The notes under the pieces: model-generated
Told to the model about the DNA's origin: nothing
The model's database searches: none
Seen by the model: only the letters and a program-made list of their open reading frames with translations
Source: an uncultured Verrucomicrobiae bacterium
GTDB lineage: Bacteria > Verrucomicrobiota > Verrucomicrobiia > Chthoniobacterales > UBA10450
Assembly (NCBI GenBank): GCA_963815455.1
Contig: CAWFGO010000002.1
Location: 32,001 to 96,000 of the forward strand
DNA length: 64,000 nucleotides
Reading direction: 5' to 3'
Part shown: one piece after another, positions 1-10,958 of the stretch
Layout: the number at the start of each line of letters is the position of its first letter
Position numbering within the stretch: position 1 is the first letter of the stretch
Made by a program: the position numbers and the translations under genes

Positions 1-1861
1 TCGTTCGCATACCAGAAAGTGCAGTCGTCGGCCGGATCGACGCTCATGCTGCTATAATCGCCCCAGCGCCCGGGCAAGCATGCCGAGCGGGATCCGGCAA
101 CTTCATTTCGGGTGCCGGTAAAGATGATCGTTTCAGGAACGGTCATCGTTCCCAGAGGATCGTTCTTCGCCCGGCCGGTGTAGCGGATCGAGTGGGCATC
201 GATCGCTTCGATTGTGCCGGTGGCGCTATAGCCGACAATGATGTTCTCGGCGCCATCCATACTGATCGACGGCATCCAGCGGGAACGGCCATTAGGCGCG
301 TCGGCCACGGTCCCCTGCTGATAAGTGCAGGGATAACTGGAGCAGACAGCGTCGGGTTGTCCTGAAATACGGAATTCGTACCAGCGAATGCCGGAGACGA
401 CGCCGGTAATGTTCGGGTCGACCGAGTGTGAGATTACCAGGGATTCGTGATCGATGAAGTTTCGGTAGGCCAGGCGGAACATGAGACGATCGGCCAGCGA
501 GTCGAGAGTGAATGCGCTTTGAGGCTGCGGAATGCAATTACCCGCCGCCGCAAGCGGCACTGGCCGGGGCGATGGGCATAACCGCTTGAAGCGTGCGGGT
601 TGTGTTCGCCGGCGTGGCGAAATCCACTTTCATTCGATAGAGGTACATCCCATCGCCGTGAACGGAGGTAAAGATGCCCGGCGCCCCTCCCGGCGGCGGA
701 GCGAATCCATCCAGGTCCGCGGGCATATGCCCGCCTTCCAGAGGATCGACAATGACCTGCCAGGTGGCGGTCGGATCTGCCGCGAGCATTTTAGTCCGAT
801 CCATGGCGCCGAACCCGCCGCCCACATAGCTGGGCGTGCCGGAAGAGGCGGTAAAATGGTGGGCCATTACGTAGTAGGCGTCGGTCCAGACACCGTAGTG
901 CGGATAATCGCCGAAATTGCCATTGGGCACGGCAAAGGCATAACGAGCATAATGTCCCGGTAGCGTTGGCTGTGGTGGAAATCGCTACGCACTGATAGTA
1001 GAAACCGCCCGAAACGGATGAAGTAAACTGCGAGATCAGCCATCGGTTCGCCACTTTGTCATAGAGCACAACCGGGTCGCCGGAATTCTGCGATTGGCAC
1101 GCACCGCCGAAGCCTGCCCAGAGCGTATTAATGTTGACCGGCCCTAGGATCGACGTGGCGGTGTTGGTCGCGCGATTGAGCGACCATACCTGATAGCTCG
1201 TGTTGACCGTCTCTACGTACTGATCGTTACCGACCGAGCCGTTCGTGTCCGGCGGGTATCCCCCCGTTAAACTCCCGGCAACACCATCGAAATTGAAACC
1301 GGTGACCGCAGTCGTCGGAGCCGCCGGCCGGCTCACATCCCGGGGGGCCGGCGCGACCTGAGTCACCGGGTCCGGCCTTGCTGAACGAAGTATGCGTGAG
1401 GGCGGCAGCGGAAGTTCCGGGAGCTGCTCTTCCTTCGGTTCAGGAAGCGAAATTTTAGCCAGCTCCGTCAGCGGCGGCGAAATGTCGAAGTTTGAGGGTG
1501 AGACCGAGTAAACGATCTGGCCGAGTTGATTGCGCTGTTCTTTAATCCTGATGTTCCGGGCGCTGGCTGCCGTCCCTGGCATTTGCCCGCCGCGGTCGGC
1601 GGTGGGCGGGCCGCCGGAAACGGTTTTCGCGGCGCCCCCTCGTGCCGTGAGCATCCTTTTTAATGAAGCCAACAACGACTGGTGGCTACCGGGACCGCTT
1701 TTCACGGCAACGGATCGCGTCTCCGTTCGCGATTCACCGAACGGAGCGGGAATGGTTCCCCCCGCGGCGAGCGCAAGAATGCACCCAACCGCGCCCAGTG
1801 AGATGGCTGTCAAAACGCGCAGATTAAAAATACCGGATTGAGAGGCGGATTTCTTTTTCAT
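1..1861 (-). CDS. Large secreted protein, paralog of 19041..21167; runs off the window edge; two +1 frameshifts (~951, ~541)
   Basis: ORFs 791..1861 and 538..930 plus an open frame to position 1 join into one protein (PPDTNGSVG, GDPVVLYDKVANRWLISQF, DYPHYGVWTDAYY, DRLMFRLAYRNF, RWGDYSSMSVDPADDCTFWY). The same motifs occur in 19041..21167. N-terminal signal-like segment. Confidence 0.75.
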
Positions 1862-2055
1862 AGAGTGATTAAGTTAAGGACCGACGATTAACAGGTTCGG
1901 ATGAACGAACGCCTGTTGAGTGGTTGACATGCTCCCAATTCGGTTCTCAGCCGGCAACCGGTTGCCTACCTTGTCCGTGTTTCGACATTTCACCTTCACC
2001 CGGCATTGCTCCGCCCGGTTGACAAATTCGCGGTTCTTTGATAGCAGATTCGCCC

Positions 2056-2859
2056 ATGTGTCGTTTTATCACCGTCCTTTTTGCTCTTGTTGCCGGTTCC
2101 ACTTGTTTCGCCGGGCCGGAATCGCTTCCATCGGGCAAGGAAATGGCCGTTTCACCGGCTCCCGCTCCACCAGCCTGTTCCTGGACCGGCATTTACGTTG
2201 GCCTGCGCATCGGTTACGGCGGGCAATGGCACGATGTTCGTTTTGATCCCAGCCGAAGCCCGGGAGACTTCGGTTATTACGGCGACGATGTCTCAGTTGA
2301 TAGCGATGGCGTGATCGGCGGCGGCGCGCTCGGATATAACTATCAGCTTGGCCGGTTCGTGCTCGGCGCCGAAGCGGATTTTTCCGGGGCCGACGTTTCC
2401 GGTAATGGCGTGAATGAGCATCTGAGGTCGGTTGGACCTAACGGCTATGATCCGGATGCGAGCGACCTGTTCGCCCATGAAGACATCGATTGGTTCGGTA
2501 CCGTTCGAGGGCGGATCGGGTACCTCGTTTCGCCCTGCCTGTTGTTTTACGGCACCGGCGGCTTCGCCTATGTCGATCGTACCCTAACGGGAGACCTGGA
2601 CGTTTTCCAGGTGGGTGCGTATCACCACTTTGGCAAATGGGATGGCGTCGTCCCCGGTTGGACGGCCGGTGCAGGCCTGGAGTGGAAACTCGATCGACAC
2701 TGGAGCGTAAAGGTTGAATATCTCTATCTTGATGCTCGCCATCACACTGCTCATGGTCTCGAGACTAGCGACGGTTTCACATATCGTTACTATGCGGTCG
2801 ATTACACTGGTGATACCGAACTGCACACCGGCTCCGTCGGATTAAACTATCAGTTCTGA
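2056..2859 (+). CDS. Outer membrane beta-barrel protein (Omp25/Omp31-like)
   Basis: Signal peptide, SWTGIYVG, GYNYQ, WFGTVRGRIGY, GWTAGAGLEW, C-terminal GLNYQF. Confidence 0.85.
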   Translation: MCRFITVLFALVAGSTCFAGPESLPSGKEMAVSPAPAPPACSWTGIYVGLRIGYGGQWHDVRFDPSRSPGDFGYYGDDVSVDSDGVIGGGALGYNYQLGRFVLGAEADFSGADVSGNGVNEHLRSVGPNGYDPDASDLFAHEDIDWFGTVRGRIGYLVSPCLLFYGTGGFAYVDRTLTGDLDVFQVGAYHHFGKWDGVVPGWTAGAGLEWKLDRHWSVKVEYLYLDARHHTAHGLETSDGFTYRYYAVDYTGDTELHTGSVGLNYQF

Positions 2860-3055
2860 TGTCGGCAGCGCGCCGGTTGCGACGGTGATGACATCCATCG
2901 GCCCGGTCTAGGCACCCCTTTTGTTGTAGCCGCTGGTCGAAGACTCGCCGTGGAGAGCGCCGACTGCGGCCACTCCGTCCTCTGTCCTCCGTCTGCTTTC
3001 CCCCTGCTCCGCGCCTGAATGGTCTGCGTTTTGCTTCCCTAGTGCCCCGGAGCCC

Positions 3056-3469
3056 ATGAAAAACCCCTTACGCATTCTAACTGTCGAGGACGAGCCGGCC
3101 GTGACAGACCTGCTTGCGCTCATATTGGGCGGGCCGGCCGCGAAGGTAACCAGCGCATCCGACGGCTGGATGGCGCTCATGAAGATCGGCGCCGCCGCGC
3201 ACCCTTTCGACGTCGTCATTACCGACCATCAGATGCAACGTGTGAATGGGCTCGAACTGGTGCGTCACCTGCGAAAGCGCGAGTTCCCGGGCAAGATCAT
3301 CGTCCTCTCGGCCCATCTCACCGATGAGAACATCCAGGCTTACGAGGAACTAAAGGTGGACATGTTCCTGGCCAAACCCTTCGATGTGGAAGAGCTGCAG
3401 CTGGCCATGAGCCTCCTCACGAAAAAAACGTCAGGAACCGCACCAGCGCCTTTGGCAGCGGTGGCCTGA
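3056..3469 (+). CDS. Single-domain response regulator (REC)
   Basis: ILTVEDE, VITDHQM (phospho-Asp), VLSA, KPF. Confidence 0.9.
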   Translation: MKNPLRILTVEDEPAVTDLLALILGGPAAKVTSASDGWMALMKIGAAAHPFDVVITDHQMQRVNGLELVRHLRKREFPGKIIVLSAHLTDENIQAYEELKVDMFLAKPFDVEELQLAMSLLTKKTSGTAPAPLAAVA

Positions 3470-3498
3470 TTTCCGACTTCTTCGACTTCTGACTTCTG

Positions 3499-3801
3499 CT
3501 ACAGCCGGCTTATCTTTCCTGTCTGCGGGTCGACCATCACTTTTTCGGCAACGTTGCCGCCGGTCCGCCTAAACTGCACGATCCAGACGGAGTTGTCCTT
3601 TACCGTGCCCATTTCGCAGCTGATCAACTGCGCGCCCGGATACTTCTGCTGAACCAACTTCTGCGCCGCCTCTTTGGTGATCGTGGTCGCAGCGGCGGCC
3701 TGGCTATCGGTCGCTGCCTTTTTTGGCTCGGCTTGAGCCCGCGAGTTGGCGAGAACGGAAACGACAACAATTGAAAGAACGATGTAAGCGAATTTTCTCA
3801 T
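3499..3801 (-). CDS. Secreted PepSY-like domain protein
   Basis: Signal peptide, ITKEAAQKLV...VDPQTGKI pattern. Confidence 0.65.
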   Translation of the reverse strand: MRKFAYIVLSIVVVSVLANSRAQAEPKKAATDSQAAAATTITKEAAQKLVQQKYPGAQLISCEMGTVKDNSVWIVQFRRTGGNVAEKVMVDPQTGKISRL

Positions 3802-3866
3802 GTCCCTAATAAATACGGATCGTCCCGATAATGCAATCCCTTTGCCTCGGGCTCCTGCTTGCCTGC

Positions 3867-3914
3867 CTCGCCCTGACCACTCGACTTCAAGGTGTCGAGG
3901 CGGCCGTGCCGGCC
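3867..3914. repeat. 48-bp direct repeat, copy 1 (copy 2 at 4266..4313)
   Basis: ctcgccctgaccactcgacttcaag... vs ctcgccctgaccacttgacttcaag... Confidence 0.7.
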
Positions 3915-4023
3915 GCGGGTATTGAAACTCCGTCGTCGCAAGCCCTCGCGACTTTACCTTTCTATGTCGTTAATCCCAAATTCTTATTAACTGATAATCG
4001 ATAATGGCAACGCTCCGCATTTC

Positions 4024-4164
4024 CTAACGTCTGCCTTGGACCAGGTTAACAATGATGATAATGACGGCAATCACGAGGAGGAGATGGATGAGTCCGCCAC
4101 CCACGTGACCGATAAAGCCAAGAAGCCAGAGCACGACCAGAATAACAATAATAGTCCAAAGCAT
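4024..4164 (-). CDS. lmo0937-family small membrane protein (46 aa)
   Basis: MLWTIIVILVVLWLLG...GGLIHLLLVIA...GRR; AAAGGA RBS upstream. Confidence 0.85.
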   Translation of the reverse strand: MLWTIIVILVVLWLLGFIGHVGGGLIHLLLVIAVIIIIVNLVQGRR

Positions 4165-4265
4165 AGAATTCCTTTCGGTTGAGTCGGCCCTCATTTCGCC
4201 ACAACGCCGCGACTCAATCAAGAAAGATTTCGGCCCGACACGCCTTCTCGACGGACCCGCCCGCG

Positions 4266-4313
4266 CTCGCCCTGACCACTTGACTTCAAGTCGCAGAGGC
4301 AGCCGTGTCGGCC
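4266..4313. repeat. 48-bp direct repeat, copy 2
   Basis: Similar to 3867..3914. Confidence 0.7.
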
Positions 4314-4377
4314 CAAGATCGACAATTTCAGAACCTCGCTTTTTTTCCCGTTCTGACCACTGACTTGTGGCCGGACG

Positions 4378-4902
4378 CTACCAGGAATGTTTCCTGGCCG
4401 TACTTGCTTTTTTCTTGGCCGATTGCGGCTCTTTGGCCGGCACCGGCTGCAGGAACACGTCAGAATGAATATAAAAACCGTTTATCTGCCAGGTATCGTT
4501 CACACGCAGCAGCTGGATCTGAATGGTCGCATGCCCCTTCTCGAATTCAGCCGGAACGGTGTAGTTGCCTACCGTGGCCGTGCCTTCCCCGGTAAACGTG
4601 CTGGTGCCGACCATTCCCTTTGGCGTGCCGAGCTGTTTGAATGACCCCAGCCGCTGGAACATCTCAAAAATGCGATCATACCCGCCGCGCGCGGCCACCG
4701 TTGAATTCAGTTGCGGGCTGGCCCGGTTAACCAGCTCCTGGATGTTCCAATTCGTGACAATCTTAGGTACGGCGTTCTGAATATAAGCCGTGACGTCTTT
4801 ATCCAGCCTCAGCGCAGCCGGAATCAAAATAGCCGCGGCGATCCCGGCAATCACCAGGATCACGCCAAAAATGCCGCCCAGGATCATGAAGAACTTTTTC
4901 AT
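4378..4902 (-). CDS. Membrane-anchored hypothetical protein (DUF4019/DUF3887-like)
   Basis: N-terminal TM helix; AEFEKGHATIQI...WQINGFYI. Confidence 0.6.
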   Translation of the reverse strand: MKKFFMILGGIFGVILVIAGIAAAILIPAALRLDKDVTAYIQNAVPKIVTNWNIQELVNRASPQLNSTVAARGGYDRIFEMFQRLGSFKQLGTPKGMVGTSTFTGEGTATVGNYTVPAEFEKGHATIQIQLLRVNDTWQINGFYIHSDVFLQPVPAKEPQSAKKKASTARKHSW

Positions 4903-5102
4903 ATCAAGCGGAATAAAACGGGATACCGATCATCATCAGGTCCGCCCCAGTTAGGCAAGATCGAAATCCGCCCCGACCGGAACGAAAATCGAAAGAAAAG
5001 CTCGCCACGGCGAGTCCGTCTTTTGCCGGACAGGTCGCAGACTCGCCGTGGAGAGAACGAAGGAACTCCGACGTCGATCTTGTTATGACCTCCGATTGTT
5101 TC

Positions 5103-5144
5103 TGTAGCCACAGCCTGCCCACCGTGTGCGGGTCGCTACGCGAC
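5103..5144. repeat. GTAG-type REP-like element; inverted copy at 5887..5928
   Basis: tgtagccacagcctgcccaccgtgtgcgggtcgctacgcgac matches the reverse complement of 5887..5928 at 40/42. Confidence 0.8.
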
Positions 5145-5196
5145 GTCAGATCTGTAGCCGCTGTCGCTGACTGCGGCCGATCCGACTTCTTAATTC

Positions 5197-5727
5197 TTAC
5201 TTTCCTGTTTCCCGTTTCTCCTCCCAGGCATAAAGCCGCCCCTGGGTGTCAAACCCAGGCACCTGCACCATCCGCTCGTAGCGAAGTCCGAGTTTTTCCA
5301 AAAGATGCGCCGACTTCGCATTGGTCGGCGAAGTGAAGGCGATGATACGCTTCAGACCCAGCTCGGTTCGGCCGTATTGCATCAAGGCCGTAGCCGCTTC
5401 GAAGGCGTAACCGTTACCGGAGAACTCCTGAAGCGTCGAATACCCAATATCGAAGTCCTCAAAGGTGCCGCGTTTCATCAATCCGCACGTGCCAACCGGC
5501 GCGCCAGATGATTTCAATTTCACCACGCAATAACCGACTCCGTAACGCTGGTGTCCTGGCAGAAACTTTTCCCTGATATAATCCGCGGCCTGCTCCACCG
5601 TTCGAACCCCGCGGTCGGCCACATTGGCAATGAAATCCGGCTCGTTCAGCGTCCGGAGGACAAAAGCCGCATCCCGCTCCGCCTCTACTGCCCGCACAAT
5701 TAGCCTCTTGGTTTCGATTTGCTGCAT
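5197..5727 (-). CDS. GNAT N-acetyltransferase (RimJ/RimL-like)
   Basis: IETKRL, VGTCGL, DIGY, GNGYAFEAA, NAKSAHLLEKLG. Confidence 0.9.
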   Translation of the reverse strand: MQQIETKRLIVRAVEAERDAAFVLRTLNEPDFIANVADRGVRTVEQAADYIREKFLPGHQRYGVGYCVVKLKSSGAPVGTCGLMKRGTFEDFDIGYSTLQEFSGNGYAFEAATALMQYGRTELGLKRIIAFTSPTNAKSAHLLEKLGLRYERMVQVPGFDTQGRLYAWEEKRETGK

Positions 5728-5886
5728 ACGCGATCCGTCACCTGAACTTTAACAGAAGGAAACGAAGGTCGCGAAAGCGGGAGAGGGCGGAGATCGGTGA
5801 TCGGGGCTCATGCTCATGCTCATGCTCAATGGAAATTGAGGGAGCCCAGACCGGGGTCAGCGCTCCCGGCTACAACGGATTCCAAT

Positions 5887-5928
5887 GTCGCATAGCGACC
5901 CGCACACGGCGGGCAGGCTGTGGCTACA
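5887..5928. repeat. Inverted partner of 5103..5144
   Basis: gtcgcatagcgacccgcacacggcgggcaggctgtggctaca. Confidence 0.8.
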
Positions 5929-6031
5929 GCGGACGTGAAATCGGAAGTCACAGGTCAGTTGTCAGTCAGTGGTCACCGAAGGCACTTTGACGCGTGCAGG
6001 CGGGTCGTCGATCTTCTATTCTTCTATTATT

Positions 6032-7042
6032 ATGAGCGATCCAAATCCCGCGCCGCCTTCACCCCAGCTTTTTTTTGAGACGATTAATGCGTATGAAAAA
6101 ACTGCGGCGCTGAAGGGGGCGGTCGAGCTGGATTTCTTTACCGCGATGGCCGATGGGCCGGCTACAGCGGCGGATATCGCCAAACATTGCCAGGCAGCCG
6201 AGCGCGGGGCGCGGATCCTGGCGGATTATCTGACGATCCTCGGGTTCCTGACCAAGACCGGTGACCGCTACGCGTTGACGCCGGATAGCGCGATGTTTCT
6301 CAATCGGAAGTCGCCGGCTTATGTGGGCGGGATGATCCAGTTTTTGTTGTCGCCGGAACTGCGCCGGGGCTTTGACGATATCGCGGCTACGGTGCGCAAG
6401 GGGGGCACGGCCCAGAGCGAGCTGGGAACGATCGCGCCGGAGCATCCGGTCTGGCTGGAATTCGCCCGGGCCATGGGACCGATGATGAAGACGTCGTCGG
6501 AGGTGCTGGCGGGATTGGTGCCTCTCGATGGTGCGCCGAAGATTTTGGATATCTCGGCCAGCCACGGGATGTGGGGAATGGCGTTCGCGCTAAAGCATCC
6601 GCGGGCGCAACTGGTGGCGTTGGACTGGGCGCCGGTGTTGAAGTTGACGCGGGAGAACGCGGAACGGGCGGGATTGAAGGACCGGTTCCAGACGATCGCG
6701 GGGAACGCGTTCGAGGTGGATCTCGGGTCGGGTTACGACGTGGTGTTGATTCCGAATTTTCTGCATCACTTTAACAAGGCGGATTGCGAGCGGTTCCTGA
6801 AGAAGGCGCACACCGCGTTGCGAAATGGCGGACGCGTGGCGATTGCGGAGTTCGTGCCGAATCCGGATCGGGTATCGCCGCCGCAGGCTGCGAGCTTCAG
6901 CTTCGTGATGCTGGCCAATACTCCGGAAGGAGACGCTTATACCTTGGCGGAGCTTGAGGAGATGCTAAAGAGCGCCGGGTTTAGCGGCATCGAGAGTCAT
7001 GATCTGCCGCCGATGTCGATGGCGATCGTTGCGCGGAAGTGA
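6032..7042 (+). CDS. SAM-dependent O-methyltransferase with dimerisation domain
   Basis: ALKGAVELDFF wHTH region; ILDISASHG SAM motif; NFLHHF. Confidence 0.9.
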   Translation: MSDPNPAPPSPQLFFETINAYEKTAALKGAVELDFFTAMADGPATAADIAKHCQAAERGARILADYLTILGFLTKTGDRYALTPDSAMFLNRKSPAYVGGMIQFLLSPELRRGFDDIAATVRKGGTAQSELGTIAPEHPVWLEFARAMGPMMKTSSEVLAGLVPLDGAPKILDISASHGMWGMAFALKHPRAQLVALDWAPVLKLTRENAERAGLKDRFQTIAGNAFEVDLGSGYDVVLIPNFLHHFNKADCERFLKKAHTALRNGGRVAIAEFVPNPDRVSPPQAASFSFVMLANTPEGDAYTLAELEEMLKSAGFSGIESHDLPPMSMAIVARK

Positions 7043-7161
7043 ATGGGAGAGTGACGGGTGATCAGTGACCAGTGACCGCGTAAAGCGGGACAGTGATCAG
7101 CAATCAGCAAAGTTGTGAATGATATTTGGGCGGCTTCGGTCTAATCTGCAAAGGAGCGAAC

Positions 7162-7803
7162 ATGAAGTTACCAGGTGTTTTTGCCGGTTGTGTTTTGGTC
7201 GTATCTCTCTGTGGCGCGCAATCGCCGGCTCCGAATATATCGTCAGCACCGCAAGTCACGACGAAACGTCAGGCCAATGTCGAGCGCCGGCCTAAACCGG
7301 CGAAACGCCCATTGCCACCGGTTATTAGTTCGCCAATTCCGGCGCGGCCGCTCCCGCAGCGTGGAAAAAAAGGCGGGAACACCGGAACCGCAGGGAATGC
7401 GATCACGAGTAATCACGCTCCGTATTCGAACGCGCTCCGCCGGTACCGGCACGAACGGCACAACCGCAATTGGTGGAAACAGCATTACACCGTGATCGTC
7501 CTTGTCCTGGGCGGTTATTATTATTACGACTCGGGCTATTGGTGCCCGGCGTGGGGTTACGATCCGGCTTATCAATATTACGATTATGACGGGCCGATTT
7601 ACACCTACGGCAATTTGTTGCCGGACCAGGTGATCCTGAATGTGCAGCGGGCGCTGAAGGAACTGGGCTATTACACGGGCAGTTTAAATGGCTCGCTCGG
7701 GCCGGCGACGCGGCAAGCGATTGCGAGTTATCAAGAGGACGCCGGCCTAGAAGCGACAGGAGCAATCGATGCCGCGACGGTCGAGGCGCTCGGGTTGAAC
7801 TGA
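7162..7803 (+). CDS. Secreted protein with C-terminal peptidoglycan-binding domain
   Basis: AAGGAG RBS, signal peptide, Tyr-rich region, VQRALKELGYYTG..G.LGPATRQAI..YQ. Confidence 0.85.
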   Translation: MKLPGVFAGCVLVVSLCGAQSPAPNISSAPQVTTKRQANVERRPKPAKRPLPPVISSPIPARPLPQRGKKGGNTGTAGNAITSNHAPYSNALRRYRHERHNRNWWKQHYTVIVLVLGGYYYYDSGYWCPAWGYDPAYQYYDYDGPIYTYGNLLPDQVILNVQRALKELGYYTGSLNGSLGPATRQAIASYQEDAGLEATGAIDAATVEALGLN

Positions 7804-7829
7804 GGGCAGGGCGGAATGTTTAACAGAAG

Positions 7830-7873
7830 GAAACTCCGAAAGCCTTCGCGAACGGGCGAAGTTTACGAAGGGA
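7830..7873. repeat. 44-bp direct repeat flanking TA module, copy 1
   Basis: gaaactccgaaagccttcgcgaacgggcgaagtttacgaaggga; 43/44 identical to 8437..8480. Confidence 0.9.
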
Positions 7874-7938
7874 AGAGGTTAATCACAATGCGGGAATCAG
7901 CTTTGCGTTAAAAGAGCGGATGCGTTACCCTTTTCGCC

Positions 7939-8142
7939 GTGAGCGCGACGGAAATCATCGAGCAATTCAAGGCTCTTCCCGCCACTGAGCGAGCACAAGT
8001 GGCCAAGTTCGTTGTGGAAAACGATGATTCCTGGATTCCGGAATCCTTTAGGCAGGGTATGGCCGATGCCGCTGCGGGCCGGCTTGTGGACATGGAAACC
8101 GCGCTTAGCGGAACGAAACCGCCGTCTCGCGCGGCGGAATGA
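7939..8142 (+). CDS. Putative type II antitoxin
   Basis: Small acidic protein (MSATEIIEQFKALP...GMADAAAGRLV) overlapping the toxin start (ATGA). Confidence 0.65.
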   Translation: MSATEIIEQFKALPATERAQVAKFVVENDDSWIPESFRQGMADAAAGRLVDMETALSGTKPPSRAAE

Positions 8143-8408
8143 AATACTTTGCCACCCAGCGATTCTGGGAAAGCTTTTACGCCCTTTCATCAGGTCAGAA
8201 GGAGTCCACGCGTCGAGCTTGGGCAATCTTCAAGGAACATCCTTTCGATCCGCGACTGCGAACACACAAGATCCACAAGCTGTCGGCACGGTTCAATCGT
8301 ACGATTTACGCGGCGGAAATTGAAGCCGACTTGCGAGCCGTCTTCTACATTGAAACCGACATGGTGGTAACGGTGGATATCGGCTCGCACGATATTTACC
8401 GCGGGTGA
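8139..8408 (+). CDS. RelE-superfamily toxin
   Basis: HPFDPRLRTHKI, DLRAVF, DIGSHDIY. Confidence 0.8.
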   Translation: MKYFATQRFWESFYALSSGQKESTRRAWAIFKEHPFDPRLRTHKIHKLSARFNRTIYAAEIEADLRAVFYIETDMVVTVDIGSHDIYRG

Positions 8409-8436
8409 TTCGGAACGCGGAGGGTTTTAGCGGAAA

Positions 8437-8480
8437 GAAACTCCGAAAGCCTTCGCGAGCGGGCGAAGTTTACGAAGGGA
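8437..8480. repeat. 44-bp direct repeat flanking TA module, copy 2
   Basis: Matches 7830..7873. Confidence 0.9.
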
Positions 8481-8592
8481 GGAGGTCAGTGACCAGGCTC
8501 CGGCTGTGACTTGGCGACGCTGAGGCTCCCTCCCACGCGCGAGCTTCGGCGCAACAAGATGGCGTGGCAGACGAGAGCAGCCAGCAGAGCGC

Positions 8593-8790
8593 TTATTCGG
8601 TCAGCTCCGGAACTTTCTCGTCTTCGTACTTTTCGATGAGAACACCGAGTACATCCATAAGTGACCGCGAGTGGATGGCCTTCATAAACCGGCTTTTCCG
8701 CATAATTACGTACCAGCGCGCGAGAGATGACCTGGTGGCCGGATGCGTTTCAGCAAACTCATTCAACCGCTTCCTAGTAATGACATGCAT
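8593..8790 (-). pseudogene. HigB N-terminus fused to a HigA-like segment (deletion remnant)
   Basis: MHVITRKRLNEFAETHP...LARW (HigB-like start) joined to SLMDVLGVLIEKYEDEKVPEL (HigA-like motif). Confidence 0.6.
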
Positions 8791-8878
8791 TCTGCTAAAA
8801 ACCGGTATCCGACACCGGCCTGCCAAAGCGCCGAAATCAGATGCCTGAAGTCAACGTCAGGCTGGAAGCCGATGGCTG

Positions 8879-10136
<1,258 letters not shown>

Positions 10137-10610
10137 AAGCGATAAGAGGTTGAAATGTTGGGAAAGTGACTTGTTACGAGTGACGAGCTAAGACAGGAAA
10201 AGTTGAGACAACGAAGAAACAGCCAATACTGAACACAGATACTCCATGCCGGAACCAAACAGGCAGAGGAGAGACGGCCGGATCAGGCCGCAGCGCTGAG
10301 ATTGGGTCGCTTATCCTTTGCGAGCCGCATTTCGACGGGGGCGTCACGTGTGCAGATGTCGCACCAATGGCGTTTTGTGCTATCCAGGCGCTTGCGGCTA
10401 CCGCACTTATCGCAAATAAAAAGATCGTTGTTGGGTTTCCTGACCGAGCGCATCCTACTTACTCGGTCGTTTTAGCTACTCTGGCAAGTCTGGAATTAAG
10501 AATTAGGAGTTTGCCGTTTCTGGGCGATATTGGGCCAAGTCTCTCTGGACTGGTTCTCTGGAGCGCAACCTCAGCTTCCGGAATCTCCGCACCTAGTCTT
10601 ATATATACCT

Positions 10611-10898
10611 ATGAAATCCGATCTCGTTAAAGCCGCCTCCGAAGTAATTCCAAGCCCGCAAATTCTGGTGAACATGGTCTCGCGCCGGGTGCGACAGCTC
10701 CTCCTCGGGCATCGCCCGATGGTGGAATTTGCCCCGGGGATGGGACATGCGGATGTGGCGCTTCGTGAGATAGCCGCTGGAAAGCTCATTTTCGAATCCA
10801 TCCTCGCTCAAAATGGGCACGTCGAGCCGGCCCAAGTGGTCGAGTTCCCAGGGATCATCGTGGCCAAGAAACCGGCGACGAAGAAAAAAGCGGCCTGA
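10611..10898 (+). CDS. rpoZ: RNA polymerase omega subunit (Verrucomicrobia type)
   Basis: PQILVNMVSRRVRQL..GHRPMV...DVALREIAAGKL. Confidence 0.75.
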   Translation: MKSDLVKAASEVIPSPQILVNMVSRRVRQLLLGHRPMVEFAPGMGHADVALREIAAGKLIFESILAQNGHVEPAQVVEFPGIIVAKKPATKKKAA

Positions 10899-10958
10899 GT
10901 CTCCGGCCGGAAGCCAGATCTTCGACGGTCAGAGACCGCCGCTGCAGACGCTTAATGC

